In this document: one piece after another, positions 33,093 to 37,744 of the stretch
Numbering within the stretch: position 1 is the first letter of the stretch
How the letters are laid out: every line of letters begins with the position of its first letter
NCBI RefSeq assembly: GCF_001194135.2
Contig: NC_068986.1
Span: forward strand, 105,763,486-105,801,229
Direction of reading: 5' to 3'
DNA length: 37,744 bases
Source of the DNA: Octopus bimaculoides
Taxonomy: Eukaryota
Translations under genes and position numbers: made by a program
The notes under the pieces: generated by a model
The model's input: the letters and a program-made list of their open reading frames with translations, nothing else
Databases searched by the model: none
Told to the model about the DNA's origin: nothing

Positions 33093-33343
33093 AGCGTGGA
33101 ATCTAGGGCATAAGTGTTCTACTATAGCTTCGGGCCGACCAAAGCCTTGAGAGTGGATGTAGTGGAGGGAAACTGAAAGAATCCCGTCGTACACACATAC
33201 ACACATACTCACACCACATGTGTGTGCATTTTTGTGTCTGTGTTTGTCCCCCACCACCGCTGGACGACTGATTTTGTTGTTTTTACATCCGCGTAACTTA
33301 GCAGTTTGGTAAAACAGTCCGATAGAGTAAGTACCAAGCTTTA
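33093..33343 (+). mobile_element. SINE family B lacking head and terminal tail
   Basis: ttctactatagcttcgggccgaccaaagcc...cccgtcgta, CA/TG repeat, tgtcccccaccaccgc...gatagagtaagtacca. Confidence 0.8.
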
Positions 33344-33529
33344 CCCAACGTTGCCCGGTAAAGTATTCACGGAATTGTTTGCTAGTTTGTAGGATGGGAA
33401 TTCACAGTATTTATTCATGTGTATATATTTAGCCTAACTTCTAGACTTATTTAATTGGAACTATCCAAACAATAGCAATCAATTTACATGAGCAGAACCA
33501 TTTTTTTAAGCAATTTTTCTCTTGAAAAT

Positions 33530-33553
33530 CACATACACACACACGCACACACA

Positions 33554-33584
<31 letters not shown>

Positions 33585-33796
33585 GCGCACACATGCACAC
33601 ATACACACACACACACACACATGCACACGTACATACAAAAAGATGTACGCATATGTATTGACGTATGTACATACACATGACAACACACCCCTTCACTCAC
33701 TCACTCTTTCTCTTTCTCTCTCTCTTTCTGTCTCTTTTTCTCTGTCTCTCTCTTCCTCTCTCTTTTTTCTCTCTCTTCCTCTCACTNNNNNNNNNN

Positions 33797-33825
<29 letters not shown>
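33530..33825. repeat. (CA)n and (CT)n compound microsatellites
   Basis: Read directly from the sequence. Confidence 0.9.
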
Positions 33826-33828
<3 letters not shown>

Positions 33829-34599
33829 CATTTCATATACACGTACATACATCTGTCACTTTCTCCTCTCTTTCACTTTAAAACAAAAGTAAATAAATAA
33901 AAAAAATGTTATGGAAATTAACGAGCTTTGGATAATGAAATCACATTCAGTTAAAAAATATTTCTAAATGATTAAAATATTGTGTACGGCAAAAAGTTAA
34001 CCTTTGTTTTTTCTTAGAGAGCGCGAAGACTATGTGTGTGTGTGTATGTCACAGAGAGCGGACGTGTGTTCGTGTTGATTGACACGCCATAACATTCATT
34101 ATATGTGTTTGTATTTTGTATGTGTATATGTGTACTGGTGTCACGGAAGCCATGTGTTTTTCAAGAAATAATAAACAAAAATTGTGTTTAATCGTTTAGA
34201 TAGAGGTTCAAATGTCACAAATATTTGTACTGCACTGCCGAAGGTAGGTATGAAAATCCATACGTAAAAAACATTAAGATAAAATATACTATTTCTGAGA
34301 TATTTCGGTTACACACAAACATCCCTTGAGTTTTAGTATTATTGAGATGTATGTATGTATGTATGTATGTATGTATGTATGTATGTATGTAGGTATGTAT
34401 GTATGTATACTGAAATATGAAATAGAAATAATGCAAATGTTAGAAACATTATTAGCCACACATGCTTACCCTACTACATCTACTGTGTTTGCTGGTAAGA
34501 TGCGATTTGTCGTGGTGGATATTATTCATATACGTGTGATCGGTAATGTTTATAACGCTAGCGCTGCTTCTGTTTCATATCTGAATTTATTCTTACGTA

Positions 34600-34860
34600 T
34601 GCACTGTCATGGCATACCAGCACATCATAGTTTTCACACTATGTGCTTAGAAGTCGTGGACTGGCGGTCTATTCACCTCCGGATTGATTCGGGTACGTGA
34701 TGTTGATACGCCAAGAAAACGGCGAAGCATCGATGTCTATATTCCAGAATGGGATTTGGGGGTGTGTTTTCTCGCCTGTCTATGACTTTCAGGTGTTTTA
34801 ACATCCGGCGTTTTGAGGGAGTCATTTCCACCACGCCAGGTCGAGGCTCACAGGCAAATA
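34600..34860 (-). mobile_element. Possible RTE LINE C-terminal fragment
   Basis: MLRRFLGVSTSRTRINPEV...KTMMCWY weakly resembles MLRW..GV...DRIRN...RLRWYGHV. Confidence 0.33.
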
Positions 34861-34904
34861 CACAGGGCATATACATTAAGTATGTGTGATCGATAGTGTA
34901 TATA

Positions 34905-35001
<97 letters not shown>

Positions 35002-35287
35002 NNNNNNNNNNNNNNNNNNNNNNNNNNNNNNNNNNNNNNNNNNNNNNNNNNNNNNNNNNNNNNNNNNNNNNNNNNNNNNNNNNNNNNNNNNNNNNNNNNN
35101 NNNNNNNNNNNNNNNNNNNNNNNNNNNNNNNNNNNNNNNNNNNNNNNNNNNNNNNNNNNNNNNNNNNNNNNNNNNNNNNNNNNNNNNNNNNNNNNNNNNN
35201 NNNNNNNNNNNNNNNNNNNNNNNNNNNNNNNNNNNNNNNNNNNNNNNNNNNNNNNNNNNNNNNNNNNNNNNNNNNNNNNNNNNNNNG

Positions 35288-35443
35288 GCTTCTTTTTATT
35301 TTCCGTCTATGAAATCCATTCACAGGCTTTGGTCGGGTAGAAGTTGTAGTTGTCGACACTTGCCAAGGTGCCACGCAGTGGGACCGAACCTTGGACCATG
35401 TGGTTGAGCTGCAAACTTCTTACCGCACAGCCATACTTACGCT
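35288..35443 (-). mobile_element. SINE family B, 5' half
   Basis: ggcttcttttt...caggctttggtcgg...ccaaggtgccacgcagtgggaccgaacc...cttaccgcacagcca. Confidence 0.85.
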
Positions 35444-35447
35444 GCTA

Positions 35448-36035
35448 TCACTGAGAGCCTCCTCTGATATGTGGCATTTGGTGAATAAGGGAGTTTGATA
35501 TCGCTACTCTCATTTGCATCTCTTGTCGCGAGGGAGGTTTATCTGGGACTCTCGACAGGAAGAGATCCAGTTTTGACTTGAAAATAACTGCATTCACTTT
35601 GTGTTGATCCCTCGGGCTCTTCGGGAGAATATTAAAAAGTTGTGGGGCCCTGAAACCCAGGCTGTTGCAGCAACTGGTCCTAAAGTGCGATTGCATTGCT
35701 GGGATTTTGGCACTGTGTAGTAGCGACCCGTTCTGGCATTTGTGTAGCTTTCAGTGTCAAAATTTGGCACAATCCCTTCCAGGATCTTCCAGACGTATAT
35801 TACTAAATATTTCTCTCGCCTTCGCTCCATGGAGTGGAGTCTTAGTTGTTTCAGCCTGTCCCAGTAGCTGAGTTGTTGGTGTTGCAATGAGACGGTCTTC
35901 TTTGTGAAGCTTCACTGGATTGCTTCGAGGTCCGCTGCTAATTTTACACTGTGGGGTGACCATAGCTGGGAGCAGTAGTCCAGGCGGCTGAGGACGAATG
36001 CTCCCTAGAGGACCATCATGGTTTCCTTCTCTTTG
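35448..36035 (-). pseudogene. 5'-truncated CR1-group LINE, ORF2 C-terminus
   Basis: Across frameshifts: VLSRLDYCSQLWSP...DLEAIQ*SFTK..., LSYWDRLKQLRLHSMERRREKYLVIYVWKILEG, NSLGFRAPQLFNILPK...FKSKLDLFLSRVPD...SNSLIHQ, stop at 35448-35450. Confidence 0.88.
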
Positions 36036-36384
36036 GTTCTGTAATATATAATATTACAGAGGAGAGCAAAACTAACTCCGTCTTTTGCTTAAAAGTCGTT
36101 AATGAAAGGCTCTGAGAATGTCCTTATTTGCTCTGTATCAAACAAAGCAGATGTGCCGGATCCGCAATATATCACATACATTATAAATGGCTTCAATACA
36201 CAATTTTTAGTCATGTTCTCTCCACATGCATATGTCTTTATATATATATATATATATATATATATTTAACTTGTAAACATATTTGTACTAGCGCTATTTA
36301 AAATCATGTACATGCTGCTCATTATATAAACTCATGTTTGTTCCGAAGTGTCTTTTATGTTCTGTCTTGTTTATATATTTCTCT

Positions 36385-36431
<47 letters not shown>

Positions 36432-36490
36432 CCATATATAGATGTATGCATGCATATATTACGCACGTATGTACTACGTATGTATATTTA

Positions 36491-36994
36491 CGAAGTGGGT
36501 GCTGAAAATTCCTGCCTTTGGGTAAAAGAAAATAAGGCGTCGAGTTGGCAGAAACGTTAGCACGCCGGACGAAATGCTTACCGGTATTTCGTCTGCCAGT
36601 GCGTTCTGATTTCAAATTCCGCCGAGGTCGACTTTGCCTTTCATCCTTTCGGGGTCGATAAATTAAGTACCAGTCACGCACTGGGGTCGATGTAATGGAC
36701 TTAATCCCTTTGTCTGTNNNNNNNNNNNNNNNNNNNNNNNNNNNNNNNNNNNNNNNNNNNNNNNNNNNNNNNNNNNNNNNNNNNNNNNNNNNNNNNNNNT
36801 ATGTTTAGTCTCTTGTGGGCAATAAAGAAATAAAATACAGGAGGATCAGCTAATTACGATTTTATTGAACATATACTCCTTATTACATCGGTCATTCAGC
36901 TTTTCTAAACCCTGTAAAAGGACGCAAAAGTTTGGGCTTCTAATCGGGTCCTTCGCGATACCCTTAATGCCAGGAACTTTTTAGTTCCCTATCG
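36491..36994. mobile_element. Mariner-type MITE (about 200 bp net) interrupted by a SINE
   Basis: Imperfect TIRs cgaagtgggtgctgaaaattcctgcctttgggta versus tacccttaatgccaggaactttttagttccctatcg; TA on both sides. Confidence 0.72.
36536..36833 (+). mobile_element. SINE family C with internal gap
   Basis: Co-linear with 18614-18844; aaaata at 36529-36534 and 36832-36837 is a possible short TSD. Confidence 0.9.
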
Positions 36995-37030
<36 letters not shown>

Positions 37031-37383
37031 TATATATACAGGCCGACGCCCTTGCGCACAGTCAGAGGCCCATCTGTGTGTGTGAGTGTGTGTGTGTCTG
37101 TGTCTGTGCGTGTCTGTGTGCGTATGTGTCTGTGTGTATGTGTTTATTTCACAAGTGAATTTAAAGAAGAAAAAAACGAAAATAACCTTTGACTTCATTC
37201 GTCGTCTGTCATTTGATTGATATAATAATAATAAAAATTTTAAAAATAGGTCGCCTGGCTGAAATAGAAATTCCTGCAACGTAACCCCAAACCTGCTTCA
37301 CCTGTTTATCATGTTGCATGTTTGTTATCACCCTCTTACGTTCATAGGTTGCTAACAAATGATGGGAGGGCGGAGAGTGTGAG

Positions 37384-37744
37384 GGAGACAAGGAAGAAGT
37401 GAGAGAGACAGGGTGAGAGAGAGTGATAGAGAGAGAGAGAGAAGGATACTGAGAGAAGGAGGGAGAGAGAGACAGGGTGAGAGAGAGAGAAATAGTGAGA
37501 GAGAGAGAGAGAGAAGGATACTGAGAGAAGGAGGGAGAGAGAGACAGGGTGAGAGAGAGAGTAGGGAAATATATGGAAGGGGAGAGAGAGAGAAAGCGGA
37601 GGAGGGAGAGAGAGGGGGAGGGAAAGAGATGGAAGGAGGTAAAGAAGGAAGGAAGGAAGGAAGGAAGGAAATAGAGGGGACAGAGGGTGACTGAGGGAGA
37701 CAGAAGAGGAAAGGGAGAGTGAGACAGAAGAGGAAAGGGAGAGT
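37384..37744. repeat. GA-rich repeat with a higher-order unit of about 70 bp
   Basis: gagacagggtgagagagag...gaaggatactgagagaaggaggga occurs about 2.5 times, followed by (GGAA)n; runs off the window end. Confidence 0.88.

Noticed and set aside
37400-37560. CRISPR-like regular repeats
   Set aside because: Eukaryotic GA-rich tandem repeat with no unique spacers or cas genes.

Overview
AT-rich, repeat-dominated eukaryotic DNA from a draft assembly with 13 N-gaps. The SINE families and microsatellite load suggest an octopus or other cephalopod (inference from recalled repeat families, not checked). I find no intact protein-coding gene, rRNA, true tRNA gene or CRISPR. The long ORFs in the track are artefacts of N-runs and microsatellites. 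The window reads as intronic or intergenic. It contains: (i) about 25 copies or fragments of tRNA-derived SINEs, which I label families A-G because I cannot assign database names, several nested with visible target-site duplications; (ii) DNA-transposon relics and MITEs (maT/DD37D-type and DD41D-type Tc1/mariner transposase fragments, TA-flanked MITEs, a hAT-Charlie-type element with 8-bp TSD, a TTAA piggyBac-like MITE, foldback elements carrying TTAGGG-like repeats); (iii) decayed retroelements (RTE, CR1-like, Penelope-like). The most notable signal is three minimal type-I hammerhead ribozyme motifs on the minus strand (4726-4760, 12033-12080, 31067-31111). Two lie in recognisable Penelope-like remnants, and the 31.1 kb motif retains an intact CUGAUGA/GAAA/AUA core. 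One strong-looking 17-nt microexon candidate (6859-6875) hints at a + strand host gene. Most items belong to known classes; I do not claim a wholly new biological system.
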